DNA of 64,000 bases, taken from Octopus sinensis (Eukaryota). The position numbers and the translations under genes were made by a program. How positions within the stretch are numbered: the stretch's first letter is position 1; every line of letters starts with the position of its first letter. Below the pieces are notes generated by a model. The model was given only the letters and a program-made list of their open reading frames with translations, was not told the DNA's origin and made no database searches. Positions 10,644 to 25,086 of the stretch are shown piece after piece. Location of the stretch: the NCBI RefSeq assembly GCF_006345805.1, contig NC_043023.1:19592001-19656000 (forward strand), read 5' to 3'.

Positions 10644-12610
10644 TATATATATACACACATATATACATATATATATATGTATGTATATATCTATGTATAT
10701 GTGTATGTACACGCATGCATACAAGGAAGAACATAAACACATTAACAAACAACACAACAAATTTTACAAGTTCACACGCACACACACACACACACATCTT
10801 GAGTTTTTGAACATGTCTTTCTGTTTCTCTACATGTTAGTCCCTCTTGACCCCTCAGTTGGGGTTTATCATTTTTTTTTTGTCTTGTGGGGTTTTTACTA
10901 AGAAACGAGAGCCTTACACTCCCCCCCACTCACACCTTGTATGTGTCAAGCAGGTTTGACCCCTTTGAGGGAGCATCATGTGCAAAGTCCCTTTCCTACC
11001 TTGTGATGTTGTCAACTTCATATGATGGAGGGCAGTACTTAACTGACTCTATCCATCCTGCAAAAATGCTTAGGTTTTGGCCCGCACCACTTACGGAGCA
11101 CTTTCTGCAAGACCCCCTTCTTTATCTAACAGAGAAAGAAGCACCCGACTGACCTTCAATCATCTCTTTGTCCCTTGCGTATATCAAGATGTGGATCACT
11201 CCAATTGGGATCTTTCTGTGTAAGGTCCCTTCTATATCTTGTAGTGTTAACATCATGCTGAGATTTGGGTCCACATCATACTGTGGGCCATTTAGTGCAA
11301 GGTCCCTTCTATATCTTGTAGTGTTGTTGCTAACATCATCTGTTGGAAAGTGGCACTTGATTGACCCCTTATATCTCTTCATCCTACAGACAGGCTGAGG
11401 TTTGCATCTACCCCATGCGGGGAGCATTGATTGCAAGGTACCTTAGTAACATCATCTGATAGGGAGTGATCCTTAACTAGCAAACCAAACCTTCATTCCA
11501 CAGATAATCCAAATAAGGCCCAAGTCATGTGGGATAGCATTTTGCAGCAGGGTCCTTGTCAATAATATCCTCTGTTAGGGGCCGGCACTTCCCTCATCTC
11601 TCCATCTCTTCATTCCATTGGGATATAATTGAGGTGTGTTTTGGCAAACCTGATGAAATGGGCTCTTGCCCTTGATGGGGAATTGTGTGGTATATGTAGA
11701 GCAATGTGAGGGCATACCTGACCACTCAACAGGGGTCGGTTCAGACTGTGGGGGTATGTCCCTGCTGTGGGAAATCTTACAAGAATGCTATTTGTCTGTA
11801 GTGGGGGTGAGTTGTTTATCACAGAGCATCATCCATTTTTGTGTGTGTGCATGTATATATATATGTGTGTATGTATGTATATTGTGTGTGTGTGTATATA
11901 TGTATATGCACTCATGTGTATATTGGGGTCATTTATATTTCTAATGTTAAAGCTTACCATTTCAACAATTTTGACTCAGAAAATAATAAAAATAATTATG
12001 GTCCTTGCTTTGGTTTGAACCCAGCAACTTTTAAAAGGTGGGAAGTTGGAACAGGTGTGTAGATTAATTTGTGACATTCATGCGGGGTTTTTTTTTGTTT
12101 TGCCCCTTCATTTCTTTTTTTAAAATTATATTCGTTTGTAAAGGAACAGCAGGTGTGATAATAAAAAGAATGGAATGGTTGCTAATTAGGCTGTTTAATT
12201 AGGGTTAAGTAAATTAATTACCTCTTCGTCTCATATCTATCCAAGTATATATATATATATAAAGGTGTGGCTATATGGTAAGAAGCTTATTTCCCAATCA
12301 CATGGTTCCGGGTTCAGTCCCACTGCGTGGCACCTCGGGCAGGTTTTTTTTTTTTACTATATAGCCTCAGTTCGACCAAAGCCTTGGTAGATGGAAACTA
12401 GAAGAAGCCCATCGTATATATTTATATTTATTTGCGTGTGTCTGTGTTTGTTCTCCACCACCACCACCCCCGTAACTTAGGGGTTTGGGGGAAAAGGGAC
12501 CGATAGAATAACTGCCTGGCTTTAAAATGTAAAAAATAAGTGGTCAGGTCAATTCATTCAATCAGAAAGCAGTCCCAGCATGGCCACTCTTGAGATTGAA
12601 ACATATATAT

Positions 12611-12905
12611 ATCACGTGACCGACCAGACCATCAGATGTTGTTACACATCGCTGGTCACAATGCGCTTTGCATTGTTTTAGCCTTCGAATGACGCCACCC
12701 TGCTGGCTAAGCGAGCGGGCCAACAGAAGAAAGAGTGGTGAAAGAGTACAGCAGGGATCACCACCATCCCCTGCCGGAGCCTCGTGGAGCTTTTTAGGTG
12801 TTTTCGCTCAATAAACACTCACAACGCCCCTCGGTCTGGGAATCGAAACCACGATCCTACGACCACGAGTCCGCTGCCCTAACCACTGGGCCATTGAGCC
12901 TCCAC
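12611..12905 (-). mobile_element. tRNA-derived SINE with RTE-like 3' tail
   Basis: Minus-strand head TGGCCCAGTGG (A box) ... GGTTTCGATTCCC (B-box-like). Its tail also occurs on the + strand at ~62595-62712. Confidence 0.8.
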
Positions 12906-13312
12906 ATATGTTGTTCCTCTACTGCCACTCTCTTACCCACTACTTTTATTTTTACCCTCAGCTGTGGTGGTTTGTATGTACACCTCCTCCTCCTCCCACC
13001 ACTCTTTCTGAAGTGGGGAATGTGATGACGATGATGACGGCGATGTTGATGATGATAGAATACATGTTTTTTTTTTTCACATCTTCCAAGTAATGTGATG
13101 TTGTGGCAATTAACTGTCTCACTAACTCTGCACAACCACACATCACCATCTTCATCATCATCATCACCATCGCTGTCATATGATGATACACTCTCCAGAC
13201 CCCCACCTCTTCTAGTGACTATTGCTAATTCACACACACATATATATACATGTATATATATATACACATACACACATTTATATATACATGTATATATATA
13301 TGTATATATATG

Positions 13313-13343
<31 letters not shown>

Positions 13344-13736
13344 GTATGTATATGTATATATATATGTATGTATATGTATATATATATGTATATGTATATA
13401 TATATGTATGTATATATATATGTATGTATATATATATGTATGTATGTATATGTATATATATATGTATGTATATGTATATATATGTATGTATGTATGTATA
13501 TGTATATATATATGTATGTATGTATATGTATATATATATGTATGTATGTATATGTATATATATATATGTGTATATATATGTGTGTATATATATATGTATA
13601 TATATCATCATCATCATCGTTTAGCGTCCGTTTTCCATGCTAGCATGGGTTGGACTTATATAATATATATATATATATATATATGTATTTATATATATAG
13701 ACACATGTATATGTGCATGACTATATATGTATATAT

Positions 13737-13779
<43 letters not shown>

Positions 13780-14524
13780 AGATATAGATAATGTATATTG
13801 TATACATTCTCTCTCTCTCTCTCTCTTCCGTCCACCTGTCAAACGACAGACACAGAGATATATAATCCCTTTCCATCTCCCAGCTAAAGTACATCAGTCA
13901 TTTAACCCCCTCTTCCTAGAGTCAGTAGTGACAGCCACTCCACCGGTGGCCCGTCTGACGGCGGCTTCTCTCAATGTGGTGGTCGTGGAGGCGACAGCGG
14001 TGATGTTTAGCTGCGCCAGCTTTCAAACTTCCACGCCCCCTAAACACTTCCCTTTCAAACATTCGGTGGGAAGCTAAGGCAATGCATGAATGTCATGAAA
14101 TCTCTTTTATAACAGACACACCATCCCACCTGTTGATTTGTCTCTGCAGACAGTGTGGTCCCTGGTTGGGGGTGGGTAGTCAGATGTTGATCCTTGATCT
14201 CCATCCACCCACCTTTCCCTTCTTATAAGGGCTTCCGTCTGTGTCAATATATGTCTATATATACATATATATGTGTGTCTATATATATATAATCTGTGTC
14301 TATATATATATCTGTGTGTGTCTATATATATGCATATATGTCTATATATAAATATATATGTCTATATATATATATGTGTGTGTATGTCTATATATATGCA
14401 TATATATATGTCTATATATAAATATATATGTGTGTCTATATATATATATATATGTGTGTCTATATATGCATATATATATGTCTATATATACATATATGTG
14501 TGTGTCTATATATATATATATGTC

Positions 14525-14574
<50 letters not shown>

Positions 14575-15420
14575 GTATATATATATGTCTATCTATATAT
14601 GTCTATATATATATATATGTATATATGTATGTATATTAGCAATAATTATAGTGATAAAGAATATGGAGACCGGTACATCCTCAAAATTTATTTCCTTTTG
14701 TTTTACAATGTCACACTGCATATATTTCTATGGTTACGACAACCCACACGTTTCCATGGCACAGAGTATGGGCAGCTGCATATGCATCCGGGCCTAATTT
14801 TCTGTGCAACTTCATCTGGGGTCTTTCAACCAGCTTGGTTTGAAGCGAGCGAGCTTGTTGTTAGCCTTAACTTGCAGCATAACTGAGAGCCATCATGGTA
14901 TCTGCCTGGGTAATATATTTCTCTAGACTCACACAGACACACATATGTATGCACTGAAAAGGGGGCACAGTAAAGGGTAACAGGCAACAAAACTCAGGGG
15001 TGTATGACAAGGGGCATCAACCCCAGGTTAGACTAAGCATGCAAAATAAGAACTAAATAACAGTGTTAAATAATAATAATAATAATAATAATAATGTCTA
15101 AAATTTTGGCACAAGACTAGCGATTTTGGGGTCAGGGTCTAGTCGATATCATTGAAACCCCTGCCCTTGGGATTGACCCTGAATGGATTAATGGCAAAGA
15201 TGGCTTTGGCAGCATTTGAACTCTGAATGAAGAAATGAGCCTGATGAAATGTTGCTAAGCTTTTTGCCTGGCGCTCTAATGATTCTTCCAACTCACCGCC
15301 TTAACGATGATAATGATTTCAAATTTTGCCACAAGGGCAGCCATTTTGGTGGAGTGGTGGTGGTGTCGATTACATGACCCCCCACCCCCTCCCCGTGTTC
15401 AACTGATACTTTATTTACAG

Positions 15421-15652
15421 GGCGGCGAGCTGGCAGAATCGTTAGCACGCGGGGCAAAATGCTTAGTGGTATTTCGCCTGCCGCTACGTTCTGAGTTCAA
15501 ATTCCACCGAGGTCGACTTTGTCTCTTTTATCCTTTCGGGTCGATTAAATAAGTACCAGTTACGCACTGGGGTCGATGTAATCGACTTAATCCGTTTGTC
15601 TGTCCTTATTTGTCCCCTCTGTGTTTAGCCCCTTGTTGGTAATAAAGAAATA
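15421..15652 (+). mobile_element. OK-like SINE nested in an older SINE-like fragment
   Basis: GGCGGCGAGCTGGCAGAATC...AAAGAAATA. Degenerate TSD GATACTTTATT (15405) / GGTACTTTATT (15653). Confidence 0.85.
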
Positions 15653-15781
15653 GGTACTTTATTCTTTATTTATCGACCCCTGAAAGGATGAAAGGCAAAG
15701 TCGACCTTGGCAGAATTTGAACTCTGTATGTAAAGAAAGATGAAATATCGCTGATCATTTCACCTGGTCTGCTAACGATTC

Positions 15782-15816
<35 letters not shown>

Positions 15817-16022
15817 TGATGATGATGAGCAAAATGCAGGTAGGGGCTGAGTGCTTTATCAAACATACATGCATTTAAGCAAAGTGCCATAAACAAGATT
15901 GGATAATGCTCCTGCAACTGTTGTGTAATTACTTCAGTATTTGGCCCACCGTATGTGTGTTCCATAAAGCTTTGAATACCGTGCCCGTCTTCTGTTTATT
16001 ATTATTATCATTATTATTATTA

Positions 16023-16089
<67 letters not shown>

Positions 16090-17833
16090 CAAGGTGGTGA
16101 GCTGGCAGAATCGTTAGCATGCTGGATGAAATGCTTAGAGGTATTTCACCCATCACTGTGTTCTGAGTTCAAATTCCTCTCGGGTCGACTTTGCCTTTCG
16201 TCCTTTCGCTGTAGAAAAACTAAGTCCTAGTGAAACACTGAGGTCAGAGTAATCAATTAGTCCCCTCACCAATGAATCTGAGGCCTTGTGCCTCCAGTAG
16301 AAAGGACTTCTATTGTTATTATTAAGGCGGCGAGCTGGCAGAATCGTTAGCACGGTGGGTGAAATGCATAGTGGTATTTTGTCGAGTGCTACATTCTGAG
16401 TTCAAATTCTACCAAGGTTGGCTTTGTCTTTCATCCTTTCGGGGTCAATGTAATCAACTAGTCTTCTCTCCCCAAATTTCAGGTCTTGTGCCTATAGTAG
16501 AAAGGATTATTATTATTGTTTTCTAAAGTTTTCTAAAGGCAGAGAGATGGCTGAATTGTTTCTTTGCCAGACAAAATTGCTAAGCGGCATTTTGTCTGTC
16601 TTAATGTTGCGAGTTCAAATGGCACCAAATTCGATTTTGCCTTTCTTTTCAGGGCTGATAAACTAAGCCCTAGTTGAGCATTGGGGGCTGACGTAATCAA
16701 CTTAACCCCTCCCCTGAAAATGTTGGCCTTGTGCCAAAATTAGAAACCAATATTTGTTTGTCTATATACGTATACATTTGTGTGTGTATATATATATATT
16801 ATATATATATATATATAAGATTAAAATATCCAAAATCTTCGGATTTTTTTTAATATGCTGGGCCACTGGTTTTAATTGATTAATATCAATTTCTACCCTT
16901 ATTAAATTATATATATATATATTATATATATATATATATACACACAGATGCACACATACAGATAGAGGGAGTTATGTGGTAGTTTATTCCTAAATTAATC
17001 ACCAGGACCCCTATATGTGTCCTCTTTTAGATGAGGTAAACGTGTGGGGGACAGAAGCAGACCCCAGCTTTAAATCATTTTTCCATCACCAGGGGTCTGG
17101 TTTCTCTCTCACCTACCACCACCAACCACCTGCCCACCACTCCCCATCCGGTCCTTTTGGCCTTTCACAAACCCCCTCTTTTCTTTTTTCTCCTGTCTAG
17201 TCACTCTGTAGTGGTGGGCATATTAGATGTGAGAGGTGATGGCTGACCCCTCCCCTCCAAAAAAAGGATCTCTCTCTTTCTCTCCCAGACAACTCTAGCT
17301 GTACATCACTACCTTGTCTACCCCAACCCATCCACGACATACCCGTATTGTTTTCTAGTCTCCCCCAGTCCTCCACTGCCCTTGTAATTTCCCCCACTCC
17401 CCACCATGCCAGATCTTGTCATATCAAGGGCTCTGGGCAGGGCATTTTACCCTGCCCTTTTCTCTATCCGCCTCTCCCTCTAAGCTTTAAGGATTCTCAA
17501 AGGGGTTTAAAGTTATGTGCACATTTGTTTGTGTATATGTGTGTGTATATATATATATATATATTATATATATATATATACACACACACACATACATACA
17601 CACACGTACACACATATATATATATATTGTCCTTTTATTCTTGCACATGTTTCAGTCGTGAGGCTGTGGCCAAGCTGGGGCACATGTATAAATATATATA
17701 TATATATAAAGATATAACTTAGCAGTTTGGTCAAAGAAGCCAAAAAGATAAGTCCTGGGGCCTAAAAGATTTAGGCGGTGCCCCAGCATGACCACAACCT
17801 AAAGACTGAAAGAAGTAAAGGAAAAGATAAGAT

Positions 17834-17871
<38 letters not shown>

Positions 17872-18510
17872 TATAATATATATTTATATACATGATATAT
17901 ATTTATATATAAAATATATATTTATATATATGTATATATATGTGTGCGTGTGTGTATACACACTCTCAGCTATAGATATTCTCTGAATACAGAGGAAGGT
18001 TGTACGTGGTAGTGCGACCTGCAAGAAATAGCAGCAGGATTGCCCTCACCTTACACTATACCATCTTTGATGAAGATCGACTCGTTGTGTTGGGTGTTGA
18101 AGTATGATGTCCTTGATGTATGAATGGAAGGGAAGCAGGGATGGTCACAAATGGAAGCCCCACTTTGTTCGTAGCTGTCTGTCTGTAATGATGTTTGGCC
18201 TAGGGTTAAACAGCCTAGTCTGCCGCACTCCAACATATGTATATATATATATATGTAAACATATTTGTTTGCGTGCATGTGTGTGTGTGTGTATAAATAT
18301 ACATACATATATATGTATATATATGTTTTCATCAATTGATGTAGTACGTATATACTATGAGTGCTCAGTTCATATGATGTATATAAACATATTTGTGAGA
18401 GAGAGAGAATGTGTGTGTGTGTATGTATATATAATGTATGTGTGTGCATATATATATATATGTGTATATATATATATATATATGTGTGTGTGTATATATA
18501 TAAAAGCACC

Positions 18511-18662
18511 CAGTTGTGGCTAAAAGTTTGGAAGGTTTTTTTTAAATTAAAATCGTAAAGTCCAATTACCATTCAAATTAATTATATACAACATATATAT
18601 TTGGACATTTAATATAAAAATTCTAATTATAGATCTGTGTTCGAAACTTTTGGCCACGACTG
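18511..18662. mobile_element. Tc1-type MITE (152 bp)
   Basis: Left CAGTTGTGGCTAAAAGTTT and right AAACTTTTGGCCACGACTG followed by TA are imperfect inverted repeats. Confidence 0.6.
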
Positions 18663-18919
18663 TATGTATATATGTATACATATATGTACATGTGTGTATA
18701 TATATATATATGTATATATATAGACATGTACATATATATGTGTATATACACATGTGTGTGTATATAGACACACACATTTCATATTTTCTGGCATATGTTT
18801 GTGCGTATGCACGTGTACACTCACATACACACATATATAGACACGCACATACACACACACATGCATATATGCCTTTGAATAATATATACACACATCCTCT
18901 CATGTCTATATACTCAACC

Positions 18920-19085
18920 ACATATATTCACCTTGTACATCTCACACGCACATATAAACACATACACACACATATATAAACACGCACACACACACACATA
19001 TATAAACACACACACACACATATATATATAAACACGCACACACATATATATATATATAAACACACACACACACATATATATATAA

Positions 19086-19116
<31 letters not shown>

Positions 19117-19117
19117 A

Positions 19118-19148
<31 letters not shown>

Positions 19149-19268
19149 AACACACACACACACACACATATATATATAAACACGCACACACATATATATA
19201 TATATAAACACACACACACACACATATATATAAACACACACAACACACACACATATATATATATATAA

Positions 19269-19301
<33 letters not shown>

Positions 19302-19330
19302 AACACACACACACACACATATATATATAA

Positions 19331-19361
<31 letters not shown>

Positions 19362-19362
19362 A

Positions 19363-19393
<31 letters not shown>

Positions 19394-19394
19394 A

Positions 19395-19429
<35 letters not shown>

Positions 19430-19430
19430 A

Positions 19431-19461
<31 letters not shown>

Positions 19462-19462
19462 A

Positions 19463-19495
<33 letters not shown>

Positions 19496-19522
19496 AACAC
19501 ACACACACACACATATATATAA

Positions 19523-19557
<35 letters not shown>

Positions 19558-19559
19558 AA

Positions 19560-19594
<35 letters not shown>

Positions 19595-19611
19595 ATATAT
19601 AAACACACACA

Positions 19612-19650
<39 letters not shown>

Positions 19651-19651
19651 A

Positions 19652-19694
<43 letters not shown>

Positions 19695-19705
19695 AACACA
19701 CACAC
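18920..19705. repeat. Compound repeat of (AC)n(AT)nAA units (~20-30 bp period)
   Basis: Seen directly. It accounts for the 250-350-aa C/V/Y/I ORFs. Confidence 0.95.
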
Positions 19706-19859
19706 ACTGCCTGTTCCTATCGATCTCAATAAAATATCAACTTGGTGCAAAATTTCCATATTTGTTTTTTTTTTTTCCGTCTCTTCCTCCTCTGCCTCCT
19801 CATCATGAAAACCACTCCACCATGCCCACCACTCCATCATGCCAGCCTCCAAATCTCCA

Positions 19860-20282
19860 TCACTCCTTTCATACACAACAATGCATTGATTCAGCACACG
19901 CTCCTCCCCCCTCCCCACTTTGTCTGTCCTCCTCCTCCTCCTCCTCCTCTTGTCCATCTCCTACCCTCTGTCTCTGTCGTCTACCTCCTACTCCTACTCT
20001 AGCATGCTCCTCCTTATTCTCTCCCTCTTCCTCCTGCTCTTCTCTCTCCTGCCACCCTCTCCCTCCTCCTGCCACTCTATCCACATTTCCTACTCTCTCT
20101 CCTCATCACCTCTTGCACTTACCCTTCCTCCTCCTTATTCAGTCTACCTCCTCCTCCTACTCTCTCTGACTCTTCCCTTTCTCTCTACCTTTTTTTTCTT
20201 CTCCCTTATCTATCCTTCTTTCTGACTATCTCTCTTCTCCACTTCTCTCTCCCTCCCTCTCTTTCTCCCTTTCTCTCCCTCC

Positions 20283-20314
<32 letters not shown>

Positions 20315-20660
20315 ACTCTCACTAACATTGTTATTTAAAACAAAATGCAAAATTGAATATTGTAAAAAACGTTTTAGTTGATTTTTTTTTTTCCTTTTTC
20401 CCTTTTTTTTTTACCCCTTTCTGACCTCACCTCCGACCTTTCCCCTCCTTCCACCTCCTCTTCCCTCCTCCCACACACTCTTTCCTGCTATCTCTCTCTC
20501 TCTCTCTCTAAGTTCTCTTGCATCTTTCCTGGACATGTAAATCTTAACCACCTCATGAATACACTCTCCACTGCCTGCCCACTTCTTCCCCTCCCGCCAT
20601 CGACCTACCCCCTCTCTCCTCCTTGTGTCTCTGGTCCTTTCTCTCTCTCGGCCCCCTACC
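19860..20660. repeat. CT-rich polypyrimidine low-complexity tract
   Basis: Nearly all C/T on the + strand. Confidence 0.85.
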
Positions 20661-20826
20661 TCTCCTGACCCCACTGTGTCCTCCTTGCATCCGGAACGTC
20701 TGGGCCTTGAAAGTCTGGTGTCGTTACTTAAAGATGCTGTGATGTGTTTTAAAACATTTGGACATCTTGGTGTCCCTCACATCTGGACATCTTTGCAACT
20801 GGCATTGCATTACGTTTTTTTTCCTC

Positions 20827-20874
<48 letters not shown>

Positions 20875-21444
20875 TGTCTTTGCATCTTCCAATCTTGACG
20901 TCTACCAGATTACCCGTTACATCTAGAGAATCTGGACCGTTTTGTGTCTTGACATCCGGATAGCTTCGTATCTGACCATCATATTGTTAACATCTTGACC
21001 TTGTGACATCTTCATCTCATCTTGACCTCGTGACATTGCAGCGTCTCTTCATCATATTTTGACACTGCGACATTCTCTCTACACGGCATATGGACATTTT
21101 GACGTTTCTCCACATCTTGACGGTGCGGTGTCGTCGTTTCTTCGCCTCTGCATCGCATCTTGACATTGCGACGTCATTTTGACAAACATCTTTTACAATC
21201 CCATGTTAACATTGCGACATCTCCATCTCTCATCTTGACATTACGACGCCTGTTCGTCACATCTTGGACATTATGACATCCCTCCGTCACATCTTTGGAC
21301 ATTACGACATCTTTCCGTCACATCTTGACCTCTCCACTCTACATGTTGACATTGTGACCTCTCCACATTACATTTTGACCCTGTGACCTCTCCACACAAC
21401 ATTTTTGACCCTGTGGCAACAAAAACGACAGTTTGTGCTTTTTG

Positions 21445-21450
21445 AATAAA
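21445..21450 (+). terminator. Candidate poly(A) signal AATAAA with downstream U/GU-rich element
   Basis: TTTTTGAATAAAAAG followed by TTGTTCCTGTTTCACTTCTTTATGTC. Whether it serves CNOT6 is unproven. Confidence 0.3.
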
Positions 21451-21583
21451 AAGTAATTTCTCAATTGTTCCTGTTTCACTTCTTTATGTCACATGATACA
21501 TATCACGTCACTTTGCATTTCAGCAGTTACCAGGATTATGTCACAATCTGTATATGGGCAAGGAGGACACACCAGTCGTATTT

Positions 21584-24500
21584 CAGTTAACCAAACCTGT
21601 AAATCTTAGACAAGACACACAACTCTGTCTACCTCAGTTAACCAAACCTGTAAATCTTAGACAAGACACACAACTCTGTCTACCTCACTCAACAAAACCT
21701 GTAAATCTTAGACAAGACACACAACTCTGTCTACCTCACTCAACAAAACCTGTAAATCTTAGACAAGACACACAACTCTGTCTACCTCACTCAACAAAAC
21801 CTGTAAATCTTAGACAAGACACACAACTCTGTCTACCTCAGTCAACAAAACCTGTAAATCTTAGACAAGACACACAACTCTATCTACCTCAGTCAACAAA
21901 ACCTGTAAATCTTAGACAAGACACACAACTCTATCTACCTCAGTCAACAAAACATGTAAATCTTAGACAAGACACACAACTCTATCTACCTCAGTCAACA
22001 AAACCTGTAAATCTTAGACAAGACACACAACTCTGTCTACCTCAGTCAACAAAACCTGTAAATCTTAGACAAGACACACAACTCTGTCTACCTCAGTCAA
22101 CAAAACCTGTAAATCTTAGACAAGACACACAACTCTGTCTACCTCAGTCAACAAAACCTGTAAATCTTAGACAAGACACACAACTCTGTCTACCTCACTC
22201 AACAAAACCTGTAAATCTTAGACAAGACACACAACTCTGTCTACCTCACTCAACAAAACCTGTAAATCTTAGACAAGACACACAACTCTATCTACCTCAG
22301 TCAACAAAACCTGTAAATCATAGACAAGACACACAACTCTGTCTACCTCAGTCAACAAAACCTGTAAATCTTAGACAAGACACACAACTCTGTCTACCTC
22401 AGTCAACAAAACCTGTAAATCTTAGACAAGACACACAACTCTGTCTACCTCAGTCAACAAAACCTGTAAATCTTAGACAAGACACACAGCTCTATCTACC
22501 TCACTCAACAAAACCTGTAAATCTTAGACAAGACACACAACTCTGTCTACCTCACTCAACAAAACCTGTAAATCTTAGACAAGACACACAACTCTGTCTA
22601 CCTCAGTCAACAAAACCTGTAAATCTTAGACAAGACACACAACTCTATCTACCTCACTCACACAAACCTGTAAATCTTAGACAAGACACACACTCTGTCT
22701 ACCTCAGTCAACAAAACCTGTAAATCTTAGACAAGACACACAACTCTGTCTACCTCACTCAACAAAACCTGTAAATCTTAGACAAGACACGCAACTCTGT
22801 CTACCTCAGTCAACAAAACCTGTAAATCTTAGACAAGACACACAACTCTATCTACCTCACTCAACAAAACCTGTAAATCTTAGACAAGACACACAACTCT
22901 GTCTACCTCACTCAACAAAACCTGTAAATCTTAGACAAGACACGCAACTCTGTCTACCTCAGTCAACAAAACCTGTAAATCTTAGACAAGACATACAACT
23001 CTATCTACCTCACTCAACAAAACCTGTAAATCTTAGACAAGACACACAACTCTGTCTACCTCACTCAACAAAACCTGTAAATCTTAGACAAGACACACAA
23101 CTCTGTCTACCTCAGTCAACAAAACCTGTAAATCTTAGACAAGACACACAACTCTGTCTACCTCAGTCAACAAAACCTGTAAATCTTAGACAAGACACAC
23201 AACTCTGTCTACCTCAGTCAACAAAACCTGTAAATCTTAGACAAGACACACAACTCTGTCTACCTCAGTTAACCAAACCTGTAAATCTTAGACAAGACAC
23301 ACAACTCTATCTACCTCACTCAACAAAACCTGTAAATCTTAGACAAGACACACAGCTCTATCTACCTCACTCAACAAAACCTGTAAATCTTAGACAAGAC
23401 ACACAACTCTGTCTACCTCACTCAACAAAACCTGTAAATCTTAGACAAGACACACAACTCTATCTACCTCACTCAACAAAACCTGTAAATCTTAGACAAG
23501 ACACACAACTCTATCTACCTCACTCAACAAAACTTGTAAATCTTAGACAAGACACACAACTCTGTCTACCTCAGTCAACAAAACCTGTAAATCTTAGACA
23601 AGACACACAACTCTGTCTACCTCAGTCAACAAAACCTGTAAATCTTAGACAAGACACACAACTCTGTCTACCTCACTCAACAAAACCTGTAAATCTTAGA
23701 CAAGACACACAACTCTGTCTACCTCAGTCAACAAAACCTGTAAATCTTAGACAAGACACACAGCTCTATCTACCTCAGTCAACAAAACCTGTAAATCTTA
23801 GACAAGACACACAACTCTGTCTACCTCACTCAACAAAACCTGTAAATCTTAGACAAGACACACAACTCTGTCTACCTCACTCAACAAAACCTGTAAATCT
23901 TAGACAAGACACACAACTCTGTCTACCTCAGTCAACAAAACCTGTAAATCTTAGACAAGACACACAACTCTGTCTACCTCAGTCAACAAAACCTGTAAAT
24001 CTTAGACAAGACACACAACTCTATCTACCTCACTCAACAAAACCTGTAAATCTTAGACAAGACACACAACTCTGTCTACCTCACTCAACAAAACCTGTAA
24101 ATCTTAGACAAGACACACAACTCTGTCTACCTCAGTCAACAAAACCTGTAAATCTTAGACAAGACACACACCTCAGTCAACAAAACCTGTAAATCTTAGA
24201 CAAGACACACAACTCTGTCTACCTCACTCAACAAAACCTGTAAATCTTAGACAAGACACACAACTCTGTCTACCTCAGTCAACAAAACCTGTAAATCTTA
24301 GACAAGACACACAACTCTGTCTACCTCAGTCAACAAAACCTGTAAATCTTAGACAAGACACACAACTCTGTCTACCTCAGTCAACAAAACCTGTAAATCT
24401 TAGACAAGACACGCAACTCTGTCTACCTCAGTCAACAAAACCTGTAAATCTTAGACAAGACACACAACTCTGTCTACCTCAGTCAACAAAACCTGTAAAT

Positions 24501-24741
24501 CTTAGACAAGACACACAACTCTGTCTACCTCAGTCAACAAAACCTGTAAATCTTAGACAAGACACACAGCTCTATCTACCTCAGTCAACAAAACCTGTAA
24601 ATCTTAGACAAGACACACAACTCTGTCTACCTCAGTCAACAAAACCTGTAAATCTTAGACAAGACACACAACTCTGTCTACCTCAGTCAACAAAACCTGT
24701 AAATCTTAGACAAGACACACAGCTCTATCTACCTCAATCAA
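21584..24741. repeat. 51-bp minisatellite, ~62 copies
   Basis: Unit ACCTCAGTCAACAAAACCTGTAAATCTTAGACAAGACACACAACTCTGTCT. Gives the 17-aa repeat in ORF 21554-22723. Confidence 0.97.
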
Positions 24742-25086
24742 CCTCAGCTTTAAACGTTAGACAAGTCTCTCTTCTCCATGCAGTGGGTGGGTGGCACCAG
24801 TCATAGACCGTTAATCATTTGCTGCAGAGTTGACTGTGGCAATGTGGAATAAAGTGTCTTGCTGATAGGCGCAAGGCATCACCAAGTTCAGGAACCGAGT
24901 ACTGAACCAGATACATGAGCTGTTAGTCCTCAAGTCTTCACATCATTTTCCATCATATATCGTCTTTCATTCTGGATGAAAGACAAAGTTGACCTTGGTG
25001 GCGTTTGAACTCTGAACGTAGACGGATGAAATACTGCTAAGCATTTTGCCCAGTGTGCTAACGATTCTGCCAGCCCACTGCCTTAA

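Noticed and set aside
14630-14930. Unique segment with open frames inside the putative CNOT6 3' region
   Set aside because: No known motif, stops occur in the most plausible frames, and there is no supporting exon structure.
9344-19957. Many long ORFs rich in Y/I/C/V/M/H/T (also 46880-49781)
   Set aside because: They are translations of (AT)n, (GT)n and (ATGT)n microsatellites that lack stops by composition.
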